Below are positions 47,402-57,907 of a stretch of DNA of 64,000 nt, piece after piece. How positions within the stretch are numbered: position 1 is the first letter of the stretch; every line of letters starts with the position of its first letter. The notes beneath the pieces are model-generated. The model saw only the letters and a list, made by a program, of their open reading frames with translations, was not told the DNA's origin and searched no databases. The position numbers were made by a program, and so were the translations under genes. The stretch lies in the IMG/VR virus record IMGVR_UViG_3300007987_000009, one strand, 5' to 3'. This stretch comes from a virus.

Positions 47402-47743
47402 ATGGAAACAATACGGGTTTTATCAGAAGACGAGAGAAACAGAATATCACACATAACTAAAATAGTTAACCATTTTCTTTCCAAAAAAACTTTGTTCGAG
47501 AGACGAACACAAGATGAAAACAACAGAACAACTCTTGGGGGTGTTTCTTTTTTTTACAAGTTTGAGAAAGACCAAAGTGGTAATGTCAAGAACGTTACTC
47601 TAGTTTGGGACGTACATCCTAAAGATTGGGAAGACTCTCTAATACTCGAAGACATTAGAACTCAGGAAGCTTATATGGACAAAGCTCAAGAAACGGGCGA
47701 AGCCTTTGGCTCCAACCCGCATTACAACCCATTTAGGTATTAG
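47402..47743 (+). CDS. Hypothetical protein
   Basis: ORF filling the intergenic gap. Confidence 0.5.
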   Translation: METIRVLSEDERNRISHITKIVNHFLSKKTLFERRTQDENNRTTLGGVSFFYKFEKDQSGNVKNVTLVWDVHPKDWEDSLILEDIRTQEAYMDKAQETGEAFGSNPHYNPFRY

Positions 47744-48072
47744 CGTTTAGGAATAGATGCAGCAATCTCGATATTGCTGGTGTGGCGAATGTATAGCTGT
47801 TCCATTTCTTTATGAGCCTCAAATGCTGTTACAAAATGAGAAGAATCCCAGATTATGGCGGTGTCTTCTTTTAACGTAAAAGAAAAGGGGGCTAGTCCCA
47901 CACGAACTCCACCAGATTGTGGATCTTGTTGTGGGATTATGGCAAGTGGGTTTGTTACGCTTACTGCGTTAACACTTTGAATTCCGTTTTCAAGAATGTT
48001 TTTTCCAACCACATCATCTACTTTTACGACAAAATCTTGAAGAGTTGCTGAGTGTTTAAGAATAATTACCAT
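47740..48072 (-). CDS. Hypothetical phage protein
   Basis: Downstream of guaC, AGGAG RBS. Confidence 0.6.
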   Translation of the reverse strand: MVIILKHSATLQDFVVKVDDVVGKNILENGIQSVNAVSVTNPLAIIPQQDPQSGGVRVGLAPFSFTLKEDTAIIWDSSHFVTAFEAHKEMEQLYIRHTSNIEIAASIPKR

Positions 48073-48076
48073 TTGA

Positions 48077-49141
48077 TTAGTCTCCTATAGTTGTGTTTTC
48101 AAATGTACGATTGTGGGTGTTATTTACCCGAACGAAAGTTGTGCGTTTCGGTAGTTCTTTTATTTTCTTAGCACCAACATAGGCGCAAGTACTTCTGATG
48201 CCACCGAGAATATCTTTTATAACTTCCTCGACCGGCCCAGAATATGGTATTTTTGCTGTACGACCCTCACTACTCCTATAATCTTTCAAACCGTCTCCGA
48301 ACTTTTCTTGTGCTGTTCTAGAAGACATACCATAATTGATACAGAATTTTTTACCATCTGGTCCAGTAATAATGTCACTGCCAGATTCATCACAACCGGC
48401 GAAAAAAGACCCGGACATTACGATGTCTGCACCACCCCCAAGGGCCTTGCCGAAGTCTCCGACATGAACACAGCCGCCGTCAGAAATGATATGACCACCC
48501 ATACCATGTGCGGAATCGGAGCATTCAATGACAGAACTCAACTGCGGAATTCCTACACCGGCTTTGATTCGGGTTGTGCAAACGCTACCATTGCCAATTC
48601 CAATTTTAACAATATCGGCCCCTGCAAGAATAAGAGCTTCCGTCATTTCGGCGGTAACTACATTCCCGGCAGCTATTGTGAAAGATGGAAACATTTCACG
48701 AATGCGAGAGACATAATCGACGAATGTTTCGGAATAGCCGTTGGCCACATCAATCATGACTCGTTTTATTCTTTCATGTGGTTCTCGACCCCTGTTGAGT
48801 TGAGCTAGAGCTTCTGCGTCTTCCATATTCATCCCCATGGGGAAAAACAGGTTGTCAATATTAGTGGTTGTGTTTGAAAGAAAACTCTTCCATTCGACCA
48901 AGGTATAATGCTTATGCACCGTAGCCAAACATCCATTACGAAGCAATACTTCTGCAATCTCAAAGGTTCCACTGGTGGCCATATTAGCATTCATTATTGG
49001 CACAAAAGTCATTTTTGATTCAGCATAAGGAAGTTCTATTTCTCGGAAGAGATTAACATCTTTCCTGCTTGTGAGAGTGCTTCTTTTTGGGCGTATGCTT
49101 ACGTCTGAGAAGTCTAGTTTTATATCATGTTCAATGTGCAT
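48077..49141 (-). CDS. guaC: GMP reductase
   Basis: KLDFSDVSIRPKRSTLTSR, DVANGYSE, GIGNGSVCTTR, YRSSEG. Confidence 0.95.
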   Translation of the reverse strand: MHIEHDIKLDFSDVSIRPKRSTLTSRKDVNLFREIELPYAESKMTFVPIMNANMATSGTFEIAEVLLRNGCLATVHKHYTLVEWKSFLSNTTTNIDNLFFPMGMNMEDAEALAQLNRGREPHERIKRVMIDVANGYSETFVDYVSRIREMFPSFTIAAGNVVTAEMTEALILAGADIVKIGIGNGSVCTTRIKAGVGIPQLSSVIECSDSAHGMGGHIISDGGCVHVGDFGKALGGGADIVMSGSFFAGCDESGSDIITGPDGKKFCINYGMSSRTAQEKFGDGLKDYRSSEGRTAKIPYSGPVEEVIKDILGGIRSTCAYVGAKKIKELPKRTTFVRVNNTHNRTFENTTIGD

Positions 49142-49258
49142 TTTTTACTCCTGTTCGCCTGTCGTCATAGACTAGAGACTTGACCCTTTGGTGTCAATTA
49201 TTTCATATGACTTTCTACCCTTATAAATAGTACTGAATTTCCTAAAAAGGTAAGAACA

Positions 49259-49750
49259 ATGGGAGAATTATACAATATATTGCGTGAGTTTGATATCAGT
49301 TTCGCGGATCACGACGATGAAGATGAAAGAAGCGAATTCACTTTTGGTGACGACGATGACACTGACGGAGTTGATGACACTGATAGAGTCGTAGATTTCC
49401 GTGATGGTGAAGATGAAGACAAAGATGATGGCGACATCGAGTTTGATCGAGATGAAGACGAGGATGATCTTGAAAGCGACGATGATGACGGCACGAGCTT
49501 TGATCGCGGAGATAAAGATTTCGGTGGTGAGGATGATGGCCAAGACACGTTTGCTGGAGAGAAAAGGGTTGATATCACCAACAAGCTAAGAAGCATGTTA
49601 GGCTTGGACAAAGATGGTGAAGAAACGGGTGACGAAGAACAAGAACGCTTTACCCCATCTCTGTCTGATTTGGATTTGGACGATGGGGAAGAGGAAGAAG
49701 AAGACAGTGAATTTGACTTCGACGTTTTTAACAAAAGAGGTGCAAAATAA
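49259..49750 (+). CDS. Highly acidic late protein (putative prohead core/internal protein)
   Basis: D/E-rich; TATAAATA 49222-29; MGELYNILRE. Confidence 0.6.
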   Translation: MGELYNILREFDISFADHDDEDERSEFTFGDDDDTDGVDDTDRVVDFRDGEDEDKDDGDIEFDRDEDEDDLESDDDDGTSFDRGDKDFGGEDDGQDTFAGEKRVDITNKLRSMLGLDKDGEETGDEEQERFTPSLSDLDLDDGEEEEEDSEFDFDVFNKRGAK

Positions 49751-50130
49751 TGAGCATTGTATATGATCTACTAGTTGAGAACAAAATCAACAACAACATT
49801 AAAACGGTGAAGAGAGAATATAATTCTCTTCTAAGAGAATCTAAACAGGACTTGACTCTGTTCAAGAACGAGTTCCAAACGTTAAATGAGACTACCAACG
49901 TCGACGATTCTGATTTGCGTAAAAGCTTCAAGCAGGTTTCAGAATGCTTGAAAGAAGCAAAAGCGTTAATCATTGAAGCGGAAGGTATGAAGAATCTTAA
50001 AGAACAGCAGGAAACCATCAGAAAAGCTTACCGTGTTGTTCGTGAAGGTCAGGACTTGCGCGAAGCACTTATGGAAGATTTCAGCCAAACCGTTTCCCAA
50101 GCACAGAAAATATTTGAAAGCGTAATATAA
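49750..50130 (+). CDS. Coiled-coil late protein with many L/I-x-E sites
   Basis: LVE, LRE, LNE, LKE, IIE, LME, IFE. Confidence 0.6.
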   Translation: MSIVYDLLVENKINNNIKTVKREYNSLLRESKQDLTLFKNEFQTLNETTNVDDSDLRKSFKQVSECLKEAKALIIEAEGMKNLKEQQETIRKAYRVVREGQDLREALMEDFSQTVSQAQKIFESVI

Positions 50131-50154
50131 AAAGGGGCCTTCGGCCCCTTTTTT
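50130..50154. terminator. Bidirectional UUCG terminator
   Basis: AAAAGGGGCC-TTCG-GCCCCTTTTTT. Confidence 0.85.
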
Positions 50155-50176
50155 ACCACATTTTTATGTAGGTATT

Positions 50177-50521
50177 TTACGAAAAGATACGCTGTTCAAA
50201 ACCGCGACGAGGAATCGCCTGACGATTCTGACCGTTCCAGAGGTTATAATAGGTACCGTTGCCCTTCTGAACGCTCTTGAGGAACTTATTGCGAGAGGTG
50301 GACCAAATTCTACCGTTAGGGTAGGCAAGATAACTGGGGAAGCCCGGAATGGAACGAGCCACAGGGATGTCGGAATAGCTATCGCCACTTGCAATTCGAC
50401 GAATTGTAGAAGCTGCTGCGGAATGGCGCTGTGCCACGGAAGAGGGAGATTCGCCCAATACGTTGATTGCGTGACGAATGCTGCACACCTGATTTTTCGT
50501 AAACCGTCTTTGTGTATTCAT
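50177..50521 (-). CDS. HTH plus NUMOD4-like DNA-binding protein
   Basis: VAQRHSAAASTIRRI; IPGFPSYL...GRIWS. Confidence 0.6.
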   Translation of the reverse strand: MNTQRRFTKNQVCSIRHAINVLGESPSSVAQRHSAAASTIRRIASGDSYSDIPVARSIPGFPSYLAYPNGRIWSTSRNKFLKSVQKGNGTYYNLWNGQNRQAIPRRGFEQRIFS

Positions 50522-50605
50522 GTATTAACTCCTTAATTTTGTTAAAGTTTTTCTAATTCGCCCTATTGCGAACCTTCGATATATTACAGCAATAGCGCGG
50601 ATGTG

Positions 50606-51590
50606 TCAAGTATCTTTCTGGCTTTTTGCTTCACCATCTACATCATACAGTCGGTCTTTCCCTACGAAGGGATTTTCGGACGCCGCGAAAGGATTGTACT
50701 CTTCTATTTCTATTTTCTTGACACACAACGGGCCATTTACCACTCCGCCGAACTCCCCGAGGTTACCTATATCTTCGCAATCTTCTGGAAAATCTTCTAA
50801 ATCACTTTTATCCTCTATATCCTTTTCAGTAAGAACACGAACACCCGCAAAACCGGAGGTTTCGGGGGCGTGGTAGTTATTCACGAAAATTTGGAATGTC
50901 CGCTTCCCGTAGCCGGTCAACAATAAACGGAAATTTTTATCATACAACACTGCATCTTCCAATTCCTCGTTAATCGCCTCAAGAGATTCAAAGAACACAT
51001 CCTTGCCAAGAATAACGCTGTTCAAATCTACAATGTCTTTTCTTAGCTTTATCCTGTAGAAATTGATACCAGAACCAAAGTTACCTTCATTAAAAATCCA
51101 AAGGGTGTTGGTGGGGCGATTGAACATTTTTTCGTTGATATCCATTTTATTCAAGAACCGTTCTGGGTCATAATTATCGGAGAACTGTTCCATGTAATTG
51201 ATAACAATGAAATCTTTTTCACCAGAATAATTTTTATCAAGGAATACATTTAATCCCTCTGCTGAAAGAGGCAAGGGCGTTACCCTGTTTTTCTTTTTTG
51301 CATCCGTTACAAGAGAAGCGAGATCAATCGTTAAATTCTCATCTCTTAGACCGTATATTTCAGAAAGAACAACATATGGTAATGAGTTTTTAGATGCCTT
51401 AGTCGCCGATATTTGGATATAACTCAGTACAGGCAACGGTCTCGGATGGGTGCGTAGGCTAATATCATTTGGGTCCGACTTGGTGAAAAATTTCTTTTTG
51501 ATTTGGACAAAGAACCCATATACTCTATACTCTACTTTCTTTTGCTGCCCGTATAACTGCTTCTAAAGTGCTAATTTTTTCTTCTGACAT
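50606..51590 (-). CDS. Hypothetical protein (frameshift near 51542)
   Basis: AAGGAG RBS and ATG at 51590; joins the 276-aa ORF if one base is removed. Confidence 0.5.
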
Positions 51591-51727
51591 GTCTGTCTCC
51601 TTTGTTAAAATATATTGGTCTTATAATTGTATAGTGTTGGGGTATTTAACTCAACCTTTTTTGATTGTCATTTTAGTTGACACTTTTGACTCAAGAATAC
51701 ATAATTTGACCCGAAAACAAAGGAACG

Positions 51728-52303
51728 ATGATGAAAAAAGTGGTAATTTTGAACTGCCCGCCCCGGAGTGGTAAAGATACAATAGCTGAAGAGATTTCGA
51801 AAACAATCCATTGCCATTGTGGAATCTTGTCTTTCAAGTATAAATTGATCGAAATTGCTTTAACAGTCTCAGGCATCCAAAAATCAGAATGGGATGAAAG
51901 ATACTGCACAGTGGAAAAGGAACAACCATGGAATAAGTTGGGTGGTTTGTCACAAAGAAACTATCTGATCAAGATCAGTGAAGAGTGGGTTAAACCTGTT
52001 CATGGTAAGACGTACTTTGGAGACCGGGTCCTTGAAGATGTACTTTGGAGAGAAGAAGAAAGTTTCATTATCCCCGATGGTGGGTTTAAAGAAGAAGTTC
52101 TTCCATTGTATAGCGTATTGTCAGATGGTCTTTTAATATTGCAATGGGGTAGAGAAGGATGTTCGTTTGAAAACGATAGTAGAGATTATGTAATGGATTA
52201 TCCAGAAATAACTAGAAGGATCAGAGACAACAACTCTTCGATACAAGATCAAGTCGATGCCGTCCGAAGAGAAATAATAGATTATTATGGAGAAGAATTG
52301 TGA
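51728..52303 (+). CDS. dNMP-kinase-like P-loop protein
   Basis: NCPPRSGKDT, IPDGGF..E, FENDSR. Confidence 0.75.
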   Translation: MMKKVVILNCPPRSGKDTIAEEISKTIHCHCGILSFKYKLIEIALTVSGIQKSEWDERYCTVEKEQPWNKLGGLSQRNYLIKISEEWVKPVHGKTYFGDRVLEDVLWREEESFIIPDGGFKEEVLPLYSVLSDGLLILQWGREGCSFENDSRDYVMDYPEITRRIRDNNSSIQDQVDAVRREIIDYYGEEL

Positions 52304-52929
52304 CATTTGTAATAGATAGCTCTAAACCAACTCTTGGAGTTGATGTGGATTTGACCACATTACGATCTGATCGGGCATGGTGGATTTGGTTAAAACATAT
52401 GACGATGGATACAACATTACCTGACACAATTGACGAATATGTTGCCCAAGGAAACACTGTAAACTATTGTATTTCCGATCATTTTGGAAAACCCTATAAC
52501 GATAATGTTGACAGTTTGGATTTTTGGAGAAACGAAGGGGTATATGATACAATTACTCCGGTAGATGGTGCTGTAAAATCTATAACGTCCTTAATGGAAC
52601 ACTTTAACATTGTATTTGTCACACACAACAAGGGTAACGGGGGTAGATCAAAGTTCAATAACTTGGCTCGTCACTTTGGAAAAGGAAACTTTGGTCAAAT
52701 CGTGACTAAAGAAAAATATTTAGCCAAAATAGACGTTTTGATAGATGATCGTAATGATTTCTTAAACAAGTGTGCTGAAAACGGTATTTTGAGTATTAAA
52801 ATAAATACCCCATTTGTTCAAAACACCCCGGCAGATTATCGCATTCTTGAATTTGACTTTTGGGATGAAATTGAAGAATATTTGATATATCGACAAAGCA
52901 AATTGACATCAAATAACCGAAAATGGTGA
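52300..52929 (+). CDS. HAD 5'(3')-deoxyribonucleotidase-like
   Basis: GVDVDLT, FVTH, LIDDR. Confidence 0.75.
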   Translation: MTFVIDSSKPTLGVDVDLTTLRSDRAWWIWLKHMTMDTTLPDTIDEYVAQGNTVNYCISDHFGKPYNDNVDSLDFWRNEGVYDTITPVDGAVKSITSLMEHFNIVFVTHNKGNGGRSKFNNLARHFGKGNFGQIVTKEKYLAKIDVLIDDRNDFLNKCAENGILSIKINTPFVQNTPADYRILEFDFWDEIEEYLIYRQSKLTSNNRKW

Positions 52930-52934
52930 CACAC

Positions 52935-53972
52935 ATGAAAAAATTATTATTGTTCACGGACGCTTGGAGTCCACAAGTAAATGGTGTTGTTACGACCTTG
53001 AAAAATGTAATAAGAGAGTCTTCTTGGGACATCGAAGTTGTCAATCCCACTATGTTCAGAACTTTTTCGTGTCCGGGCTACTCAGAGATTAAATTGTCTA
53101 TGGTCACAAGAAGAACCATATTGAAATTAATTAAAGAATTTGATCCAGATTATATTCATATATCCACGGAAGGCCCAATAGGCTGGCAAGCATATAGGGC
53201 TTGCAAGAAACTGGGCAGGAAATTTACTAGCTCGTACCATACACGCTTCCCAGAGTACGTAAACACAATGTATCCTTGGATACCTACAGAATGGGTTTAC
53301 AATGTCCTTCGAAAGCTACACATGGATTCTGAAGGAACACTTGTTCCAACCAAATCAATCGTGAAAGAATTATCAATAAAAGGTGTATGCAATCGATACA
53401 TCGTTTGGGGTCGGGGCGTAGATACCAACAAATTTGCTTTTCACCCCAACCGCGAAAGCAGAGAAAAGTTGGTGGTATTATACGTTGGAAGAATATCTAA
53501 AGAGAAAAATCTAGAAGCGTTTCTAGATATGAAATTTGACCAACCCGTTGAAATGAGAGTTGTTGGAAAAGGACCCCACGAGACAGAACTAAAAAAGAAA
53601 TACCAAGATAGAAAAGAGATAGTATGGGTTGGAGAAAAAAGAAACACTAGTTTGGTTATGGAATACCAGAATGCAGATGTATTTGTGTTTCCCTCTAAGA
53701 CTGATACGTTCGGACTCGTCATGCTTGAAGCAATGGCTACAGGAACTCCTGTAGTTGGCTACAACGTCCCCGGACCGAAGGATGTGATTATCCCCGGAAT
53801 AAATGGATACATAGCCTACGACGGAAACCTTGTCAAATCAGTAAAAGAAGCTATAAAAATTCCTAGATATACAACTTCTAATTTTGTCTCCGAATTATCT
53901 TGGAAAGAAGTAGCACAGGAATTTGAAAGAATCATAGAATACACAAACAACATTACCGGTGATGTTGTTTGA
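52935..53972 (+). CDS. GT4 glycosyltransferase, Agt-like
   Basis: TDAWSPQVNGVV, HISTEGPIG, YHTRFPEY, DTFGLVMLEAMA. Confidence 0.88.
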   Translation: MKKLLLFTDAWSPQVNGVVTTLKNVIRESSWDIEVVNPTMFRTFSCPGYSEIKLSMVTRRTILKLIKEFDPDYIHISTEGPIGWQAYRACKKLGRKFTSSYHTRFPEYVNTMYPWIPTEWVYNVLRKLHMDSEGTLVPTKSIVKELSIKGVCNRYIVWGRGVDTNKFAFHPNRESREKLVVLYVGRISKEKNLEAFLDMKFDQPVEMRVVGKGPHETELKKKYQDRKEIVWVGEKRNTSLVMEYQNADVFVFPSKTDTFGLVMLEAMATGTPVVGYNVPGPKDVIIPGINGYIAYDGNLVKSVKEAIKIPRYTTSNFVSELSWKEVAQEFERIIEYTNNITGDVV

Positions 53973-54337
53973 TGTTGAATTTAGACAAGTATGAAAAATT
54001 TGAGGTAAAAAATTGGAAAGTTGGAAGAAGGTTTATCCACGTAGCAACTGGAGAAATCTTAATCTTCCGTGGAGCTTCCGGCAACCCACGGGACTTTTGT
54101 ACAATGTACAGTTTTACAGGAAAAGATGGGTTACAGTTAGACTTCACCGATGAGCTGATGTGTGAAATAGAAAATAGTGATAATCCATTCAAACTACTGG
54201 AATCTGAACTTTCACTCAGACCTTTAAGTATCGGAAAACATAATTTCAGAATTACATATAGTGGAATGGCTACTACTTTTTTTTGTCCATACATGCCTTT
54301 AACAAGAAGTATAGTATATTGTTCTACAACGACATAG
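53972..54337 (+). CDS. Hypothetical protein
   Basis: Coupled ORF. Confidence 0.45.
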   Translation: MLNLDKYEKFEVKNWKVGRRFIHVATGEILIFRGASGNPRDFCTMYSFTGKDGLQLDFTDELMCEIENSDNPFKLLESELSLRPLSIGKHNFRITYSGMATTFFCPYMPLTRSIVYCSTTT

Positions 54338-54403
54338 CCGTACCAATGCCCCCAAGGAGGTTGACTACTATAAATATAAATGCACGTAAATTTATACTTA
54401 TTA

Positions 54404-55111
54404 ATGAAAATCCAAATTATCTTAGAGCTTATCGAGCCTGAAGTAAAAAACTACAATACCAATAAAACATTCAAAGATAGGCCATATAACTACCATAAAG
54501 AAAAAAACGATCCTAAAGTTTTAGGCTCTGGCAACTTTTCAAAAGTTCGTACTACGAGTGATCCCCATTTAGTCAAAAAAAGTTCCGTTGAAACCACTAC
54601 GGGGAACCCCGAAAAAGATGATTCTTATTGGGATTTTATAGATTTCTTGTTAAAAAACAAATTGTGGGAAAATCCATATTTTCCCCGAGTGTACAAAAAA
54701 ACTTCTATGCATGGTAAAGAAGATACTAGTCACCACAGTGTTGTAATGGAAAAGCTTGAGCCTATATCAAACGCAGAACACGACGATCTTTTAGCAATTA
54801 TACGTAAATCGTTTAACGAAAAAGGCCGAGAAGAGATTAAAAACCGATATTCTGAGGAACGGGGATATAAACTACCGGATAGTATCGCGAAGATACTAGA
54901 TGATGCCGTCCATCGAGGAAATCTGTCTTTTATTAAAGACGAACAACTCGAAAAAGCTTTAAAAATTTTGAACCTTTATGCCAAACACTCGAAAGTGGGG
55001 GTGGATATACATTCCGAAAACATTATGGTTCGCAGAACACCAGTCGGTTTGCAATTAGTTATTTCTGACCCGTTTTCTTTCAAATTATCATTTGACAGTG
55101 CCCCGACTTAA
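54404..55111 (+). CDS. Protein kinase, T7 gp0.7-like
   Basis: LGSGNFSKV, VKK, FPRVY, MEKL, DIHSENIM, ISDP; TATAAATA 54369-76. Confidence 0.8.
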   Translation: MKIQIILELIEPEVKNYNTNKTFKDRPYNYHKEKNDPKVLGSGNFSKVRTTSDPHLVKKSSVETTTGNPEKDDSYWDFIDFLLKNKLWENPYFPRVYKKTSMHGKEDTSHHSVVMEKLEPISNAEHDDLLAIIRKSFNEKGREEIKNRYSEERGYKLPDSIAKILDDAVHRGNLSFIKDEQLEKALKILNLYAKHSKVGVDIHSENIMVRRTPVGLQLVISDPFSFKLSFDSAPT

Positions 55112-55144
55112 TGGTATAATTTTAAGATACCAAAAGGAATTTAT

Positions 55145-56317
55145 ATGACCGATTTGCTGAAAATAGACAATCACGTGTACAACATTGATCCTTCTGAGAT
55201 AGATTCTGAGTTTGTAAACGTTTTCAGCCGAACCCCCGACCATGTTGTTGTTTGGCCCGAATTTGACATGAACGCCAAAAAATTTCCAAAAATATGTGAA
55301 TTTGTTGAAAAGAGTATAGATTTTTTTACAAGCCATGATATTGACATAACCACTTCTATTTCTAACTCCGAGTATAACGAAAAACTAGATAATGGGATCA
55401 AATTGTACGCGGGAAATTGTATTATGAGAATTTCTACAACCCAAAAGAATAAAGCGTATATGGGGATTACTAAAGAAAATTTTCATCTATTGTTAAAAGA
55501 CAAAACAAGGTTAGAAATTGCTTTCACAAATGATAGTAGTTATGCACAAGAAGTTTACAATCCCTTGTTCAACAGCTTAACTGTTATCAATTCCTCTAAA
55601 AACTCTGATGCTGTGTTCAACATAATCGAGGCTGATCCGCATGGGGGAATGTATTTGAACGATGTTCAGGTAAAACTGGAAGACAGCAATTTCCAGATCG
55701 AAGAAATGTACAATGATGATTTCCCTGCTGTTCATCAAAACATTATGAAAAGTTTTACCGCTTTAGAAACTGGTCTAGTTCTGCTTCATGGTGGATTCGG
55801 AACAGGAAAGACTAGCTATATCCGAAGACTCATAAAAGAATTGTCAAAGCATGAAAAAAGAGTCATCTATATGCCACCAAATATGGCAAATAGTATATCT
55901 ACTCCGAGCTTCATGACATTCTTAATCGAACACAAAGAAAGCATCATTGTTATCGAAGACGCCGAGAACATCTTAAGAACCCGCGAGGCTAACGAAAATT
56001 CTTCCGTTGCTAACATTCTTAATTCTACTGACGGGTTGTTGGGAGACGCCCTAAAACTACAATTTATTTGCACTTTTAATGCTGACCGACAAGAAATTGA
56101 TCCTGCACTCTTTCGTAAAGGGCGATTGCTTCAAGAATACGAATTTACGAAGCTACATGTAGACAAGGCTAGAAAATTGTGGTTGGATGTAGGAAATCCG
56201 CCCGACAAGTTCCCAGAAACAGACATGCCTATTTCTGATATTTTTAACCACGGGGACCGTGTTGAGGTTGAAGAAAAGAAAGCCAAAACTTCTTTCGGAT
56301 TCATTCCCAACAATTGA
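55145..56317 (+). CDS. AAA+ ATPase
   Basis: GGFGTGKT, IVIEDAE, IDPALFRKGRL. Confidence 0.88.
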   Translation: MTDLLKIDNHVYNIDPSEIDSEFVNVFSRTPDHVVVWPEFDMNAKKFPKICEFVEKSIDFFTSHDIDITTSISNSEYNEKLDNGIKLYAGNCIMRISTTQKNKAYMGITKENFHLLLKDKTRLEIAFTNDSSYAQEVYNPLFNSLTVINSSKNSDAVFNIIEADPHGGMYLNDVQVKLEDSNFQIEEMYNDDFPAVHQNIMKSFTALETGLVLLHGGFGTGKTSYIRRLIKELSKHEKRVIYMPPNMANSISTPSFMTFLIEHKESIIVIEDAENILRTREANENSSVANILNSTDGLLGDALKLQFICTFNADRQEIDPALFRKGRLLQEYEFTKLHVDKARKLWLDVGNPPDKFPETDMPISDIFNHGDRVEVEEKKAKTSFGFIPNN

Positions 56318-56328
56318 AAGGATCTAGT

Positions 56329-56656
56329 ATGAAAAAACAAACCATTTTATCAGAAGAAAAGAATCTTTCTATACACAAAATTGTTCTTTTTACAACACTG
56401 GTACTTCTACACATGTTAGATGCATTTTTTTCTATCATCTTTATGGAAGTCGATATATCGAACGAAAAAAAATGCAATTATGGCTTTCTTATTCACAGAT
56501 TTTGGGGCGATTGGGGTTTGGTTGATAAAAATAGGAACATTGGCGATATTGGCAACAGTGTTGCCGTACATGGGGGTATGGCCCATGTATGTTCTAAACG
56601 TTATCATGTTGCCTATTGTGTATTTTGGATATGTGGTGTCGAGTGGTGTAAGCTGA
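56329..56656 (+). CDS. Small membrane protein, DUF5658-like (frameshift in A8 near 56468)
   Basis: LD...S....E.N.IM pattern restored by removing one A. Confidence 0.55.
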
Positions 56657-56658
56657 TA

Positions 56659-57057
56659 ATGAGATATGAAATAAAAAGTTCTTTAGCTGTTATTTTCTTG
56701 TGCATATCGTTTAACGTTTTTTTATTTTTCATGTTGACGTCAGTAAATCATAACATACACGCATACGAGCCAGAATTAGTAAACAAAACTGCTGATAAAA
56801 CTAACGAGTTTATTAGAGTAAAAGTAATAACCCACAACACTACTGAAGAAGTCAACGAAGCTTACAAGCAGTATATGCTGGAGCGAGGCCACCGAGAAGA
56901 AAATATTATAACCGTAAATGGTTGGGCCAGATGGGCCAATAAGCCTATCCAATACTGTGTAATCCATGTTGTAGAACCATTTACGGCATACGATCAAGTG
57001 TTCAACACATGGGGACATGAATTAGCACACTGCGTTTACGGTTCTTTCCATAATTGA
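56659..57057 (+). CDS. Exported zincin-like protein
   Basis: N-terminal TM; GHELAHC. Confidence 0.65.
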   Translation: MRYEIKSSLAVIFLCISFNVFLFFMLTSVNHNIHAYEPELVNKTADKTNEFIRVKVITHNTTEEVNEAYKQYMLERGHREENIITVNGWARWANKPIQYCVIHVVEPFTAYDQVFNTWGHELAHCVYGSFHN

Positions 57058-57121
57058 CAACTTAACCAGCTAAATTGTTGTTTCGCGGTTCTCAACATTG
57101 TTCGCTGCTTCTAGATAGAAC

Positions 57122-57820
57122 TTAGTTAGAACGCCAGAAAGAGAAAGGATCAACAATGACTGGATGCACTCCGTGTGGTCCACGACGGGCCATTATATTG
57201 CCTTTGTGAAGATCATACAAGTAATTTGTATTTTTATTTATTTCCTTCAGAGCTTTCATTGCCGATATAAAATTTGTATCCATTTTGTCAGATTTTTTTC
57301 CGTCCCAAACACGCCGGAAAATTTGTTTGATCAAATCCATAATATCATTTTCATGATGATAGGGCTGAATTATTCCCAAGTATTCGGGGTCATCCCCAAT
57401 CATTCTAGAAACTACGGCTATAAGTTCCGGTTTATTCAAATCTTCCATTTGTACTAAAGTTTCTAGTTTCACGCGGTAGTGTGCATTGGAACCTTTGTAA
57501 AATTTCTTGAACTCATAGACTCTGGGGAAATACGGGTTCTCCCATAGATTGTTATCTATTACTTTCTTTATGTAATACCAATATCCATCATTACGGGCCA
57601 TATCGGCGTCTCTGCTGGTTTTTTGTACGAAGTGGGGGTCTCGGTCTTTCTTGACTGTAGAGAACTGCCCAGCGCCCACATAGCCTTTACCTTCTTCATC
57701 TGATGTCAACGCCCATCTACTAACACCATCCCCGGATGTTTTACGATCAAATTTACGTCCTCTCATGTTGATCTCTTTGACGCGTGGCTCGATTAGTTCT
57801 AAAAGGGTTTGTATTCTCAT
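57122..57820 (-). CDS. Protein kinase, T7 gp0.7-like (paralog of 54404-55111)
   Basis: VGAGQFSTV, LWENPYFPRVY, DLHKGNIM, IVDP; TATAAATA on - strand 57846-53. Confidence 0.8.
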   Translation of the reverse strand: MRIQTLLELIEPRVKEINMRGRKFDRKTSGDGVSRWALTSDEEGKGYVGAGQFSTVKKDRDPHFVQKTSRDADMARNDGYWYYIKKVIDNNLWENPYFPRVYEFKKFYKGSNAHYRVKLETLVQMEDLNKPELIAVVSRMIGDDPEYLGIIQPYHHENDIMDLIKQIFRRVWDGKKSDKMDTNFISAMKALKEINKNTNYLYDLHKGNIMARRGPHGVHPVIVDPFSFWRSN

Positions 57821-57907
57821 CAAATTTGTATTAACCGGCTAATTTTATTTATAAAAAAGCCCCCGTAATCGGAGGCTTTTCGTAACACTGTGGTAAACCT
57901 TCTTAAC

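Noticed and set aside
49259-49750. Ocr-like DNA mimic
   Set aside because: Low-complexity acidic sequence with a late promoter and L-x-E leader fits a prohead core protein better.
3707-56468. Phase variation or programmed frameshifting in surface genes
   Set aside because: Single-base indels in short runs occur in about ten unrelated genes (near 531, 3707, 4836, 12355, 37323, 41150, 42855, 51542, 56468), which long-read error explains better; needs read-level checking.
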